Program-made: the position numbers and the translations under genes | Shown: piece after piece, positions 9,558-20,477 of the stretch | Layout: the number at the start of each line of letters is the position of its first letter | Numbering within the stretch: the stretch's first letter is position 1 | NCBI GenBank assembly: GCA_902535975.1 | Contig: CACAVP010000001.1 | Location: forward strand, 72,352 to 131,703 | DNA from: an uncultured Gammaproteobacteria bacterium | Lineage (GTDB): Bacteria; Pseudomonadota; Gammaproteobacteria; GCA-002705445; GCA-002716945 | DNA: 59,352 nucleotides | Reading direction: 5' to 3' | Notes under the pieces: model-generated | Told to the model about the DNA's origin: nothing | What the model saw: only the letters and a program-made list of their open reading frames with translations | The model's database searches: none

Positions 9558-12500
9558 TAATTAATCCACTCCCTTGCATTATTAAATAACTTAAGCCAAG
9601 GAGAAAGTTTCCATTCCTCTGGAGCCCATGAAAAATTATTTATATGAGATAATCTTTCAGGGTGAGGCATCATTATATTTATTCTACCATCATTATTACA
9701 AAAACCTGTAACACCATTTAGTGAACCATTTGGGTTATAAGGATATTCCTCTGTGTACTTACCAGTCATATCAACATATTGCATTGTTGCTTTTTTGATA
9801 CTCGTTTTATTTTTGATGGATATTTTCCCCTCTCCGTGAGACACAATTATTGGTAATACAGATTTGTGCATATCTTTGAAGAGTATTGAATTTGATTTTG
9901 GAATTTTTACTAGAACTTGTCTTGCTTCAAACTGATTAGAATTATTTTTTATGAATTTTGGCCAATGCTCAGAGCCAGGTATGATAGATTTTAGGTTAGA
10001 TAACATTTGACAACCGTTGCATACTCCGAGCGCAAATTTATTCTTGTTAGAAAAAAACTTCGAGAGCGAATTTAAAGCATCATGATTATATTTGATTTTA
10101 TTTGCCCATCCGCGTCCTGCACCTAAAACATCACCATAAGAGAAACCACCACATGCTACAAGACCATGATAATCTTCTAGTAATGCAGGATTATCTATTA
10201 CGTCATTGGTATTTACGTCATAGCAATCAAATCCGGCCAGATTAAAAGCATTTGCCATCTCCTTGTGCCCATTTACACCTTGCTCTCTAAATATTGCAAT
10301 TTTTGGTTTATTTCTTTTATTCAAATATTTCTTAGCTATATTAGATACTCTGTAATGTAATTTGGGGGTTAAATACTCTCGATTTGTCTGATGTGATTTA
10401 ATCTTTGCTTTATACTCTGATAAAGCAGTTTTTTTATTATCCCTCTCTGATTGAATCAAATATGATAATTCACTCCAATATTTTCTTAACTTAGATATTG
10501 GCTCAGAATAATTACATGATTCTATTTTTAACGTTGGTTTACCTTTTTTTATAATATCACCAATATTATGTGTAATTGCCTCTAAACAATACTTCCGAGT
10601 CAGTTTAATGAATTCATTTTCGCATTTCTTATCTATCGCAAAAATACCTCCTAGCTCTTCATTAAATAAAAATTTAATAAGCTCTGTTTTTGATTTTTTA
10701 GAAACATTTTTCAAATCTACCGACATATTTGATGCGAAAGCCATTTCTATAAGAGTAGTAATGAGACCTCCGTCTGATCTATCATGATACGCATTCAATA
10801 AGTTTTTTCTTAATAGTTCTTGAGTAAATTTATAGTAATTCAATAAATCATCAAGCTTATTTATGTTTGGTGATTCATGATTAGTATAGGAAAGAGTCTG
10901 ATCAAGTCCTGATCCACCCATTCTGTTCTTCCCTCTCCCCAGGTCAACCAAAAATAATTGTGATTCTTTATTTGTATATGGTGTAACATAATTATCAACA
11001 TCATCTATAGACACAAATGCAGATAGTACTAAGCTGAGTGGGCTCTTAACTTCATTAGAATACTTTTTACCCCACCTTGTCGACATTGATAATGAGTCTT
11101 TGCCAACCGGTATTACTATATTACTTTTCCTGCAAACTTGAGATAGTCTTTCAACAGCTTGATATAAATTGAAGAGTTCTTTCTTTTCAGATGAATTGGC
11201 CATCCAATTTGCAGATAGCTTAATTTTACTGACATTGCCAATGTACACAGGAGATAGATTTGTAATAATCTCACCAAACGCCATCTCTGCTGAGTTGGTT
11301 GCGCTTATTGATGCTATATTGGGTTTTTCACCCATTGTTAATGCTTGTCCTGAGCAAGAGTTGATATCAGTTTTAGTGATAGAGAAGTTTGATACAGGTA
11401 TTTGATTTGGCCCTATTAGTTGATCGCGAGCCACTAAACCTGATACTGATCTATCGCCAATAGTTACCAAAAAGCCTTTGTCAGAAACGCATGGTAATTG
11501 GAGAACATTTTTTATGCATAATGATAATGATGGATAATCAAAATCATTAGAAATATTGGTCAAACTAGTCCCACTAATCTTAATCGGAGCTATTGGTGGT
11601 TTTCCCAATAAATATTTCATAGATATGTCTATTGGTATATCTGATCCGTGCATTACTTTTAGGTGTTTTTTTGAAGTTACGGAGCCTATGACATACATAG
11701 GACAATTCTCTCGTGAACATATATTTTGTAGTTCAGCTAAATCCTTTTCTCTGGTTATTATCACGTATCTCTCTTGAGATTCATTACACCATATTTCTAG
11801 TGAGGACATACCCTCTTCAGCGTTAGTAACGTTATCAAGAGAAATATTAGCTCCCATACCAAAATCATTGACTATCTCAGGAACTGCATTACATAAGCCG
11901 CCTGCTCCAATATCATGAATGCTGACTATAGGATTATCCTTTCGATAAGTACAAGCATTTATAACTTCCTGACATCGTCTTTGAATTTCTGCATTATCTC
12001 GTTGCACAGATGCAAAATCTAAAGCTTCAGAGCTTGAACCTGATTGCATAGACGATGCCGCTCCACCACCTATCCCAATTCTGAATGACGGGCCGCCAAG
12101 AATTACTATCAAATCATCGTTGCGTAAAATATTTTTAGTTGTATGTCTATTGTTGATGGACCCGATGCCTCCTGCAATCATAATTGGTTTATGATATCCA
12201 AGTTTTACTAATGATGAGTTTTTGTCTATTTTTTGTTCAAAGGTTCTAAAGTAGCCAAAAATATTCGGTCTTCCAAATTCATTGTTGTATCTTGCAGCAC
12301 CTATAGGAGCATCAATTATTATTTCATATGATGTTTTAATTCTTGATGGATATGAAGAAGAATTCAACTCCCATTTTTTTTTATATCTAGGAATGTTCAA
12401 ATTTGATAGAGTGTATCCACAAAACCCTACTTTAGGTACTGAGCCTCTTCCTGTAGCACCTTCATCTCTAATCTCACCACCAGAACCTGTTGCGGCACCA

Positions 12501-13333
12501 GAATATGGAGATATTGCAGTTGGATGATTATGAGTTTCTGCTTTAATAATATAATTTTCAGGTGATTTGATATTTTTATATTTTAAGTTTTTAGTTATTA
12601 TCAACTCATCAATTGTTTTACCTTTTATAATAGAAGAATTATCTTTGTAAGCTGATATCACATCATGATTATTTCTATAGGTTGATTTGATCAGAGCGAA
12701 TAGGCTTTTATTTTTTTTCTTTCCCTCAATAAAAAATTCTGAATTAAATATTTTATGTCTACAATGCTCGGAATTAATTTGTGAAAACATCATTAATTCA
12801 ACATCCGTAGGGTTTCTTTTGAGTATTTTATAAATTCCTTCAAGATAATCAATTTCTGAGGCACTCATCGCTAAACCCATATCGATATTTGCTGTTTTTA
12901 TTTTATTAATAGGTATCGTCCTATATGGCTGTTTCTTATGGATCTTTTTTGAATTCAAGTATTTTTTAATGACCGACAATGATGGCAGAAATGTCTCAGT
13001 CATCTGGTCATACTCAAAACTATACTTATTTTTATTTTTTGGTAGCTCGTAAAGTTTAAACCTTTCAATTTGATATGCTGTGTAGCTTAAGCAAGAATCA
13101 AGGATATCTTTTGTTTTAGTTGACCAGGGAGAATTAGAGCCAGATCTGTAAGTTATAGCGCAATATGAAAGATCTTTATTGAAAAGGGTGTCTACATATT
13201 TTGCATCAAGGACTTTTGAAAATTTTATTAAGTAATCTTTAGCAAGAGATTGAGGAGAAATCACTCGGAATACGTCATACTGCTTGATATTTTTTTGCTT
13301 GTTTGAGTGATTTTTTGTAAAGAAATATTGCAT
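9557..13333 (-). CDS. purL: Phosphoribosylformylglycinamidine synthase (large single-chain form)
   Basis: NSEHCRHKIFN, KAETHNHPT, GEIRDEGATGRG, HDIGAGG, WCNESQERY; glutaminase domain CGGFSYGD, LGVCNGCQM and MMPHPER. Confidence 0.97.
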   Translation of the reverse strand: MQYFFTKNHSNKQKNIKQYDVFRVISPQSLAKDYLIKFSKVLDAKYVDTLFNKDLSYCAITYRSGSNSPWSTKTKDILDSCLSYTAYQIERFKLYELPKNKNKYSFEYDQMTETFLPSLSVIKKYLNSKKIHKKQPYRTIPINKIKTANIDMGLAMSASEIDYLEGIYKILKRNPTDVELMMFSQINSEHCRHKIFNSEFFIEGKKKNKSLFALIKSTYRNNHDVISAYKDNSSIIKGKTIDELIITKNLKYKNIKSPENYIIKAETHNHPTAISPYSGAATGSGGEIRDEGATGRGSVPKVGFCGYTLSNLNIPRYKKKWELNSSSYPSRIKTSYEIIIDAPIGAARYNNEFGRPNIFGYFRTFEQKIDKNSSLVKLGYHKPIMIAGGIGSINNRHTTKNILRNDDLIVILGGPSFRIGIGGGAASSMQSGSSSEALDFASVQRDNAEIQRRCQEVINACTYRKDNPIVSIHDIGAGGLCNAVPEIVNDFGMGANISLDNVTNAEEGMSSLEIWCNESQERYVIITREKDLAELQNICSRENCPMYVIGSVTSKKHLKVMHGSDIPIDISMKYLLGKPPIAPIKISGTSLTNISNDFDYPSLSLCIKNVLQLPCVSDKGFLVTIGDRSVSGLVARDQLIGPNQIPVSNFSITKTDINSCSGQALTMGEKPNIASISATNSAEMAFGEIITNLSPVYIGNVSKIKLSANWMANSSEKKELFNLYQAVERLSQVCRKSNIVIPVGKDSLSMSTRWGKKYSNEVKSPLSLVLSAFVSIDDVDNYVTPYTNKESQLFLVDLGRGKNRMGGSGLDQTLSYTNHESPNINKLDDLLNYYKFTQELLRKNLLNAYHDRSDGGLITTLIEMAFASNMSVDLKNVSKKSKTELIKFLFNEELGGIFAIDKKCENEFIKLTRKYCLEAITHNIGDIIKKGKPTLKIESCNYSEPISKLRKYWSELSYLIQSERDNKKTALSEYKAKIKSHQTNREYLTPKLHYRVSNIAKKYLNKRNKPKIAIFREQGVNGHKEMANAFNLAGFDCYDVNTNDVIDNPALLEDYHGLVACGGFSYGDVLGAGRGWANKIKYNHDALNSLSKFFSNKNKFALGVCNGCQMLSNLKSIIPGSEHWPKFIKNNSNQFEARQVLVKIPKSNSILFKDMHKSVLPIIVSHGEGKISIKNKTSIKKATMQYVDMTGKYTEEYPYNPNGSLNGVTGFCNNDGRINIMMPHPERLSHINNFSWAPEEWKLSPWLKLFNNAREWIN

Positions 13334-13360
13334 CTTTCTGTATGAATATAGTAATACAAT

Positions 13361-13389
13361 TTGATTGTTTTTTCTAAATTATGTATAAA
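13361..13389 (+). promoter_or_regulatory. Sigma70-like promoter of ssrA
   Basis: TTGATT (13361-66), 17-nt spacer, TATAAA (13384-89), ending 13 nt before the mature tmRNA 5' end. Confidence 0.55.
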
Positions 13390-13402
13390 TAAGCTATCTC
13401 AA

Positions 13403-13746
13403 GGGGGCGACCGGCTTCGACGTGGGTTGCGACACCGGAGGTGCATGTCGAGCTGATAGTAACTCGTTAAACTGCTGTAAAATATATAAACGCTGAAAAT
13501 AAACCTTTAGCTCTAGCAGCCTAACTGCCGCTAGCCTCTTTTAGAGTAGGCTTATATGCTCTAAACAGAGGTCATAATGATAAGATCGTAGTTCATAAGC
13601 TTGTTGATGGGCTATTAAACTTAAACAAGCTAGTAGTTATGTAGGTTGTCTTTAACCAGCACAGCTGCAAAATTTAATTAAAGACTATGCATGTAGTACC
13701 AATGGCCGAGTGCTCTCGGACGGGGGTTCGATTCCCCCCGCCTCCA
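13403..13746 (+). ncRNA. ssrA: Transfer-messenger RNA; tag peptide (A)AENKPLALAA at 13492-13524
   Basis: 5' GGGGGCGACCGGCTTCGAC pairs with 3' CGCCTCCA, giving the G3:U alanine identity pair. T-arm GGGGGTTCGATTCCCCC. Internal frame ATAAAC GCT GAA AAT AAA CCT TTA GCT CTA GCA GCC TAA. CCA is not encoded. Confidence 0.97.
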
Positions 13747-13757
13747 CTTAGCAAATA

Positions 13758-13766
13758 TGCTATAAT
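13758..13766 (+). promoter_or_regulatory. Extended -10 element (TGcTATAAT)
   Basis: Perfect consensus 8 nt upstream of ATG 13775. Confidence 0.55.
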
Positions 13767-13774
13767 TATAGTAG

Positions 13775-14062
13775 ATGATGTTTATGGATAAACTAAAAAA
13801 TTTATTTAGAGTGTCTTCCACATACCAGCTTATAGTTGTTTTTATAGTATTTGGTATTACTGGCTCTCTATCATTAGTTGTTTCTGATTATATTTCTCAA
13901 TTTTTTAATTTAGATAGCATCATATTATCAATAATATTTGTACTAGTGATTTATCAATTTTTATTGATCATAATTGGTACTTTATTTGGTGAGTTTGATT
14001 ATTTTTGGGAGATGGAAAAAAAGATAATCTCAAGATTCAAATTCAAGAAAAACACTAATTAA
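13775..14062 (+). CDS. Small membrane protein, DUF6787-like
   Basis: YQLIVVFIVFGITGSLS and YQFLLIIIGTLFGEFDYFWEMEKK resemble this family; two or three hydrophobic segments. Confidence 0.7.
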   Translation: MMFMDKLKNLFRVSSTYQLIVVFIVFGITGSLSLVVSDYISQFFNLDSIILSIIFVLVIYQFLLIIIGTLFGEFDYFWEMEKKIISRFKFKKNTN

Positions 14063-14091
14063 CTTATTTGAGATTCAGGAGTTTAAAATAA

Positions 14092-14394
14092 ATGTACATA
14101 GCAATGAATAGATTTAGAATTGTTCTTGGTAGAGAAAATGAATTCGAGAGTATTTGGAAAAATAGGGATACACATTTGGATAATGTTCCTGGATTTATTA
14201 ACTTTAATTTAGTAAAAGGCGAGACGGATAAAGAATGTACATTGTATGCATCTCACAGTACTTGGAATAGTCGAGATGACTTTATTAGCTGGACGAAATC
14301 AGATGCTTTTAAGTTGGCGCACAAGAATGCTGGTCAGCATAAGGACATCTATATTGGTCATCCTGTTTTTGAGGGATTCAATGTAGTAGTTTGA
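14092..14394 (+). CDS. Antibiotic biosynthesis monooxygenase family protein, IsdG/HmoA-like putative heme-degrading enzyme
   Basis: MYIAMNRF, FESIW, VPGF and WTKSDAFKLAH give the Asn/Trp/His pattern of IsdG-family proteins; SD AGGAG. Confidence 0.8.
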   Translation: MYIAMNRFRIVLGRENEFESIWKNRDTHLDNVPGFINFNLVKGETDKECTLYASHSTWNSRDDFISWTKSDAFKLAHKNAGQHKDIYIGHPVFEGFNVVV

Positions 14395-14514
14395 TATTTT
14401 AGATAAAACTAACAGCTCCAAGATACAAAACCGCATTTTATTCCCACTAAAAAATAGATGAATACTATCGCAAAAACAATAGAATTCATTATTTTATAGT
14501 AATTGTTCAAAAGA

Positions 14515-15927
14515 CTAGTTATTTAGAGTTAAAACTTGTGATAGTGATTCTTTCGCATCACCAAAGAGCATTCTGGTATTATCTTTAAAGAAGAGTGGAT
14601 TTTCTACTCCAGCATAACCAGTAGACATACCTCTTTTCATGACTACAGTATATGTCCCTCTCCAACACTCAATTACCGGCATTCCAGCTATTGGACTATT
14701 TGGATCTTCAAGAGCTGATGGATTAACAATATCGTTAGCACCAATCACGATTGATAAGTCAATGTTGTCAAAATCATCATTAACCTCCTCCATTTCATAA
14801 ACAATGTCGTAGGGGATTTGTGCTTCTGCTAGAAGTACGTTCATATGACCTGGCATTCTTCCTGCAACAGGATGTATTACAAATATCACCTCAATGTCTT
14901 TAGTTTTTAGAATGTTTATAATCTCATTTACAACAAATTGCGCTTGAGCTACTGCCATACCATATCCAGGGATAATTGCGATTTTTTTTGATGTGTTAAT
15001 CATATTTTTAAACTCATCTATATCAATTGCCTGAACCTCTCCTTGATCGGTACTCGCAGAAGCGACTGAAGTAGACTCGGTTCCAAAACCGCCAGCAATA
15101 ACTGATATGAAACTTCTATTCATTGCTCTGCACATAATATAGCTCAGTATTGCCCCGCTGCTCCCTACTAATGCTCCCACAACAATTAGTAAATCATTGC
15201 TTAGCATAAAGCCTGTTGCCGATGCTGCCCATCCAGAATAGGAATTTAGCATTGATACTACAACTGGCATATCTGCACCTCCGATAGAAGCAACTAAGTG
15301 TATGCCAAAAAAGAAGGATATAGTTAACATTACAGCTAGTGGCAAATAACCATTTTCTATGGATGAAGACGATACAAAGCTATGACCAAAGTAAATTATA
15401 GCGAGTATCATAATAAGATTTAGATAATGCTTTGCAGGTAACATTAATGGATTACCAGAGAGTTTCCCGCTCAATTTACCGAAAGCAATTACAGAACCAG
15501 AAAATGTGACCATACCTATAAAAATTCCTATGTAGATTTCTATAGAATGTATAGTCTTCTCAACACCTACGTAATCTTGTGTTGGATTTATGAAGTTCAC
15601 AAGGCCGACTAATACTGCTGCCATTCCAACTAGACTATGTAGTATCGCAACTAACTCAGGCATTTCAGTCATCTGAACTTTTTTTGATAGTACTAGTCCA
15701 ATAGAACCTCCCAGAAGTATTAAAATAATTAAAAGTCCATAATTACTTGATACCTGTGGTCCTAGAAAAGTAGCAATAACTGCAATAAGCATAGCACTGA
15801 TTCCATACAAATTGCCTTTCCTTGATGTTTCTTGATTACTTAGGCCGCCAAGAGTTAAAATGAATAATACTGCTGAAACGATGTATAGTGCTCTAACAAC
15901 CTCCATGTTTAATATTTCTAAATTCAT
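14515..15927 (-). CDS. pntB: NAD(P) transhydrogenase beta subunit
   Basis: [59 protein letters not shown] and GANDIVNP. Confidence 0.97.
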   Translation of the reverse strand: MNLEILNMEVVRALYIVSAVLFILTLGGLSNQETSRKGNLYGISAMLIAVIATFLGPQVSSNYGLLIILILLGGSIGLVLSKKVQMTEMPELVAILHSLVGMAAVLVGLVNFINPTQDYVGVEKTIHSIEIYIGIFIGMVTFSGSVIAFGKLSGKLSGNPLMLPAKHYLNLIMILAIIYFGHSFVSSSSIENGYLPLAVMLTISFFFGIHLVASIGGADMPVVVSMLNSYSGWAASATGFMLSNDLLIVVGALVGSSGAILSYIMCRAMNRSFISVIAGGFGTESTSVASASTDQGEVQAIDIDEFKNMINTSKKIAIIPGYGMAVAQAQFVVNEIINILKTKDIEVIFVIHPVAGRMPGHMNVLLAEAQIPYDIVYEMEEVNDDFDNIDLSIVIGANDIVNPSALEDPNSPIAGMPVIECWRGTYTVVMKRGMSTGYAGVENPLFFKDNTRMLFGDAKESLSQVLTLNN

Positions 15928-17441
15928 TTTTTAAACATTCCCAACATTCTCTTAGTAACTGCGAAACCACCAAATATATTTATGCTAGCGATGAAGATTG
16001 CTATGCTTGCAAGTACCAACGATACAGTATCTGTTGTTGATATTTGGGTTATTGCACCAATGATAATAATGCTACTCACTGCATTGGTCACAGACATTAG
16101 AGGTGTGTGCAATGATGATGTTACATTCCAAATAACCATATATCCTACAAAACAGGACAACACAAAAACTGTAAAATGATTCATAAAAGATGCTGGGGCA
16201 AAAGCACCTACTAAGAATAATGATGCTAGAGCGATAACCGCTGGATATACAGATGATTTCTTTTCGACTGGCTTTACAATAGGCTCAACTTTCTTCTCAG
16301 CTTGCTTAGGTGCAGCTGATACCTCAATTTTAGGAGGTGGGTATGTTATTGAACCATCTTTCACAACAGTCATTCCTCTGATTACATCGTCATCCATGTC
16401 AATATTTAGACTCCCATCCTTAGCTGGTGTTAACTCATCAAGTATGTGAAATAGATTATTCGAGTAAAGTTCACTAGATTGGGATGGTAGACGTGATGGT
16501 AAATCAGTAAATCCAATTATTTTAACGCCATGATGCTCCACTATTGCATCTTTTTCACACAGCTCGCAATTACCGCCTTGCTGCGATGCTAAATCAACTA
16601 TAATAGAACCTGGCTTCATAACTTCAACCATATCTTTTGTTATGAGTTTAGGCGCTTCTTTACCAGGGATAAGTGCGGTTGTAATTATTATATCAACATC
16701 ACTGGCTTGTTCTTTGAAAAGAGCCATCTCTGCTGCAATGAATTCCTCGCTCATAACTTTGGCATAGCCATCAGAGCTAGATCCATCTTCATCAAGATTT
16801 ACAGTTAAGAATTGTGCACCAAGACTTTCAACTTGTTCTTTGACTTCTGGGCGGGTATCAAAAGCTCTTACGATCGCTCCTAAGCTTGTCGCTGTACCAA
16901 TAGCTGATAATCCTGCCACACCAGCTCCGATAATTAGAATTTTAGCAGGATTAATTTTTCCAGCAGCAGTGATTTGACCTCCAAAGAATCTTCCGAAATA
17001 ATGAGCTGCCTCAATTACAGCTCTAGATCCAGCTACATTGGCCATTGATGATAATGCATCCATTTTTTGTGCGCGTGAAATACGAGGAACAGAGTCCATA
17101 GACAAAATATTTAGTTTGTCTTTACTACACATTTGAAGAGAGTCCGAATTAGTTGCTGGACTGAAAAAAGAAATTATAGTTTGGTTTGATGATAACTTCT
17201 CAATCTCATCATGAGAAGGTTTATTAATCTTTAGAAGAATGTCACATTTAAAGATATCATCAACGGGAGATATTGTAGCTCCAACCTGTTCATAGGCCGT
17301 GTTAAAAAAATTTGATAATGCTCCTGCATTACTCTCTATACTAATCTCATATCCAAGTTTTTTTATTTTAGTGACTGCTGAAGGTGTAAGCGCAACTCGT
17401 TTCTCGTTTGTTTTACTTTCTTTTAATACGCCTATCTTCAT
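15924..17441 (-). CDS. pntA: NAD(P) transhydrogenase alpha subunit (unsplit)
   Basis: [30 protein letters not shown] and [13 protein letters not shown]. Confidence 0.97.
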   Translation of the reverse strand: MKIGVLKESKTNEKRVALTPSAVTKIKKLGYEISIESNAGALSNFFNTAYEQVGATISPVDDIFKCDILLKINKPSHDEIEKLSSNQTIISFFSPATNSDSLQMCSKDKLNILSMDSVPRISRAQKMDALSSMANVAGSRAVIEAAHYFGRFFGGQITAAGKINPAKILIIGAGVAGLSAIGTATSLGAIVRAFDTRPEVKEQVESLGAQFLTVNLDEDGSSSDGYAKVMSEEFIAAEMALFKEQASDVDIIITTALIPGKEAPKLITKDMVEVMKPGSIIVDLASQQGGNCELCEKDAIVEHHGVKIIGFTDLPSRLPSQSSELYSNNLFHILDELTPAKDGSLNIDMDDDVIRGMTVVKDGSITYPPPKIEVSAAPKQAEKKVEPIVKPVEKKSSVYPAVIALASLFLVGAFAPASFMNHFTVFVLSCFVGYMVIWNVTSSLHTPLMSVTNAVSSIIIIGAITQISTTDTVSLVLASIAIFIASINIFGGFAVTKRMLGMFKK

Positions 17442-17529
17442 AATTAAGATACTATAGTAATGTTAAATGCACACTTTCACAACAAGAAGTCAAATAAATA
17501 ATCTAATCCATTAGATAAAAAATGGTCTC

Positions 17530-17682
17530 TTAAGAAGATCTCCTAAAAATATCTCTAGCTGATGCAATAATTACATATAAAATCAAGCGTATCTTTGAGA
17601 TTATATTTTTATTGTAGTCTCTCTTCAATTTATGATACTTGTCTCTCCCACACTCAGTCTTGATGTATTTATCAATTTTCAT
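17530..17682 (-). CDS. Putative 50-aa basic small protein (not in ORF track)
   Basis: Hand translation MKIDKYIKTECGRDKYHKLKRDYNKNIISKIRLILYVIIASARDIFRRSS*. ATG overlaps the upstream gene end by 11 nt, and the ORF fills most of the gap. Confidence 0.45.
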   Translation of the reverse strand: MKIDKYIKTECGRDKYHKLKRDYNKNIISKIRLILYVIIASARDIFRRSS

Positions 17683-18682
17683 ATGTACCAGAAATCATAT
17701 TAATTAACTTATTAAACCTATCTAAATCTCTTTTTCGATTAGTGACATACTCTACATGTTCAAAATTATTTTTAGTCTCATCTAGTTTTATCCCCCATAA
17801 ACCCTCTACTTGATTTGGAATTGTTGAAAATCTGACATCATATATTATGTCTCTATTGTTCTTATCCACACCAAGATAGCCATTTGAAAACCATCTGAAT
17901 TTCTCTAAATCTTTTGCTTGTTGTGAGCTAGCATTCAGCCATGGAAAAGACTTGCTTATATCAAGCTTTTCTATAGATTCTCCAGGATATATTTTATGAT
18001 CCAAGCTAAGTCGTATTGCATTGACATAATACTTTTCGGATGTTGAGTATATAACTTTCCAAACAATTATATTTCCAAAGCTTGGTTTAGCCTCAATAAA
18101 TTCTACCTGATGACTTAAAGTTTGTGAGTAATTATATATTAGATCTTCTGCTCTTAGCTTTTGTGTATAAGCAACCATTTGATAGAATACTATCCAAGTG
18201 ATTGCATAGATTGAAAATTTTCTATTTCTTTTTATGATACTTAAGATTACAAAAACAAATATAGGGATTGTAAATGCTGGATCTATAACTGATATTGTAT
18301 TCCAAGCAATTCTTTCATCTGTAAATGGCCAAAATAGTAAAGTCCCGTATGTTGTAAAAGAGTCTATGATTCCATGCGTTGCATATCCTAAAAATGAAAA
18401 CAAATAAGTTTTCTTGAAACTCAAGTTAAGTTTTTTGCTAAATAAATAATAGAATGCGACTGTACAAATTAGAGCTCCGAACGGTATAAAAAAAATTGAA
18501 TGTGTAAAATGTCGATGATATTCTAAAAACAACAAAGGGTCTGTACTAGATCTGATGAATATGTCTAGATCAGCTGCCAGTCCTGCTAGAAGTCCAATAA
18601 AGCTTGCAATTATTAACGTATTTTTTTTGGCACCTGCTTGTGCAACTGTAGTGCCAACAATTCCTTGTGTAAATGGGTCCAT
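17672..18682 (-). CDS. Metal-dependent hydrolase, inner-membrane (YdjM/DUF457-like)
   Basis: MDPFTQG, DLD, HRHFTHS and HGIIDSFTTYGT motifs; N-terminal TM helices. Confidence 0.82.
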   Translation of the reverse strand: MDPFTQGIVGTTVAQAGAKKNTLIIASFIGLLAGLAADLDIFIRSSTDPLLFLEYHRHFTHSIFFIPFGALICTVAFYYLFSKKLNLSFKKTYLFSFLGYATHGIIDSFTTYGTLLFWPFTDERIAWNTISVIDPAFTIPIFVFVILSIIKRNRKFSIYAITWIVFYQMVAYTQKLRAEDLIYNYSQTLSHQVEFIEAKPSFGNIIVWKVIYSTSEKYYVNAIRLSLDHKIYPGESIEKLDISKSFPWLNASSQQAKDLEKFRWFSNGYLGVDKNNRDIIYDVRFSTIPNQVEGLWGIKLDETKNNFEHVEYVTNRKRDLDRFNKLINMISGTYEN

Positions 18683-18768
18683 AATAATTACTTATAGTTT
18701 AGTGCTTTTTAAATTTTTTACTCATGAAATTGATATAAGTCCATATATAAAACATATATACAGTAACA

Positions 18769-18777
18769 TGATATAGT
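18769..18777 (+). promoter_or_regulatory. Extended -10 element (TGaTATAGT), likely leaderless transcript
   Basis: Hexamer ends 6 nt before ATG 18784; no SD present. Confidence 0.45.
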
Positions 18778-18783
18778 TGATAC

Positions 18784-19689
18784 ATGAAAGTCAGTATTAT
18801 TACAATTAACTACAATTCATCTGAATTCACTATCAAGCTTATTAGAAGTATACTTGCAAATATAAATAGTCTCAGTGATTATGAAATAATTATTACAGAC
18901 AATGCGTCTCATGAGCATGATTATAAGATGTTAACTTCATCGTCATTGCTTATCGATCCAAGAATAAAAGTTTACAGAAATAAGATTAATAACGGTTTCT
19001 CTGGTGGTAATATGGATGGATATAACAAATCATCAGGCGAATATTTATTATTTATTAATAATGACTGTGAGTGTAAGAATGATGTTTTACAACCACTTAT
19101 AAAATTCATACAAAATAATGATACAGCTGGTCTACTTACTGGTAAAGTACTTGGACTGGACGGAAACTACTCAGGAACTCATAAGTTATTTCCATGTTTA
19201 TCAAGAAGTCTCCTCGGTAATGAGTTTGGAAGATGGATATCGAAGACTAAGTTTATATCACCTAAAGAAAGAATTACAAAGCCAACTAAGGTACAAGTTG
19301 TTACAGGAGCATTTATGTTTTTCAAAAGATCATTTTTTGAGAAAATAAATGGCTTCGATACACAGTTTTTTCTTGATTGTGAGGAAGAGGATATTTCAAA
19401 GAGGGTTTGGGATTATGGAAAAGAAGTGTACATGATTCCTGAGCCTGAAGTCATTCATGAACACGGTGGTAGCAAAAAAGATAATACTCAAGGATTACGA
19501 AATGAGTTTTACATTTCATATAAGAAACTAATGTTCAAGCACTATAGTAGATCCTACAGTGTCATGATGCTATTTTTGATATCTTTAAAAATATTAAGAT
19601 ACTTTATATCAGGAAGATGTAAATATGATACTTTAAAACTGGCACTAAAGGGATTTCCTGAGGAATGCAGTTTAAGATACAAACAGTAA
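18784..19689 (+). CDS. Glycosyltransferase family 2
   Basis: SIITINYN, DNAS, NNGFSGGN, FINND, TGAFM, GFD and EEEDIS motifs. Confidence 0.9.
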   Translation: MKVSIITINYNSSEFTIKLIRSILANINSLSDYEIIITDNASHEHDYKMLTSSSLLIDPRIKVYRNKINNGFSGGNMDGYNKSSGEYLLFINNDCECKNDVLQPLIKFIQNNDTAGLLTGKVLGLDGNYSGTHKLFPCLSRSLLGNEFGRWISKTKFISPKERITKPTKVQVVTGAFMFFKRSFFEKINGFDTQFFLDCEEEDISKRVWDYGKEVYMIPEPEVIHEHGGSKKDNTQGLRNEFYISYKKLMFKHYSRSYSVMMLFLISLKILRYFISGRCKYDTLKLALKGFPEECSLRYKQ

Positions 19690-19697
19690 AGGATTAA

Positions 19698-20477
19698 TTA
19701 TTTTTTGATATAAGCCTTGTGATACGTCTTTTCACTTACCCTCATCTTAATCAGCTTCAATAAAGACTTAGTTTTTTTTTGATCATCACGTGGTGCGAAT
19801 AGTGCGCGCTTATTATTCAAATGTTTTCTCTGAGGCTCACATAAGTAATATACAGCAATGCTCTTTCTATAAATTTTTTGAGGCAGTGATATCGGTCTCG
19901 ATAGACCATGCCACGAATTTTGTGAAGTATCAAAAATAATAGCTCTGTTGAATTTTGGAAATATCTCTTTTTTTAATTTTCCGGGCAGATTATTTTCTTT
20001 ATCATGTTCCCAAAAACCAAGATGTCCTCCATAATGTGGCTTATATAAATTTTCTAGATATATGATAAGATTCAAGCGTCTTTGAATGTTCATTTTTGGA
20101 TGTATAGAATAATCGAGATGTGGATTTAAATTTCCTTTGTTCGAATGGATATGCCAGCCTCCACCATGAAGTCCAGGGTCAGAAAATAGTTTAATACCTA
20201 TCTTCTCACTTATTAAATTTACGAATGTATCAGAATTAAGATAGGAAAAGACTTGATAAGTTAAGTCATCAAACATATTCCAGTTGTTACATGTTTTTTT
20301 ATCCTCAATCTTACTCTTATATGTATGCCATACTTTGCTGTTGTATTTTGGAAAATTATCACATAATTTCTTAGCAACTTTTAATTTGAAGAAGTTGTCT
20401 ATCACACAATAGTCAAAAGGTTCTTGATTGAAAGTAGAAAGTGCCTTTACTAAAGATCTTTCATTTACGCAGTTCAT
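19698..20477 (-). CDS. 2OG-Fe(II) oxygenase superfamily protein
   Basis: GGGWH, HLDYS (HxD), SWHG and RKSIA. Start placed at ATG 20477 (MNCVNE), which overlaps the stop of the upstream small ORF; track starts at 20552. Confidence 0.88.
   Translation of the reverse strand: MNCVNERSLVKALSTFNQEPFDYCVIDNFFKLKVAKKLCDNFPKYNSKVWHTYKSKIEDKKTCNNWNMFDDLTYQVFSYLNSDTFVNLISEKIGIKLFSDPGLHGGGWHIHSNKGNLNPHLDYSIHPKMNIQRRLNLIIYLENLYKPHYGGHLGFWEHDKENNLPGKLKKEIFPKFNRAIIFDTSQNSWHGLSRPISLPQKIYRKSIAVYYLCEPQRKHLNNKRALFAPRDDQKKTKSLLKLIKMRVSEKTYHKAYIKK

Noticed and set aside
13740-14400. tmRNA 3' end as an integration site for a genomic island
   Set aside because: No integrase or transposase, and no duplicated tmRNA 3' end was seen in the window.
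14409-14489. 26-codon hydrophobic ORF (MNSIVFAIVFIYFLVGIKCGFVSWSC) on the minus strand after pntB
   Set aside because: Very short, no SD, and T-rich DNA yields hydrophobic peptides by chance.
18748-18763. Possible LexA box upstream of the YdjM-like hydrolase (…ATATATACAG)
   Set aside because: Only the right half-site is present; the left side is TAA rather than CTG.
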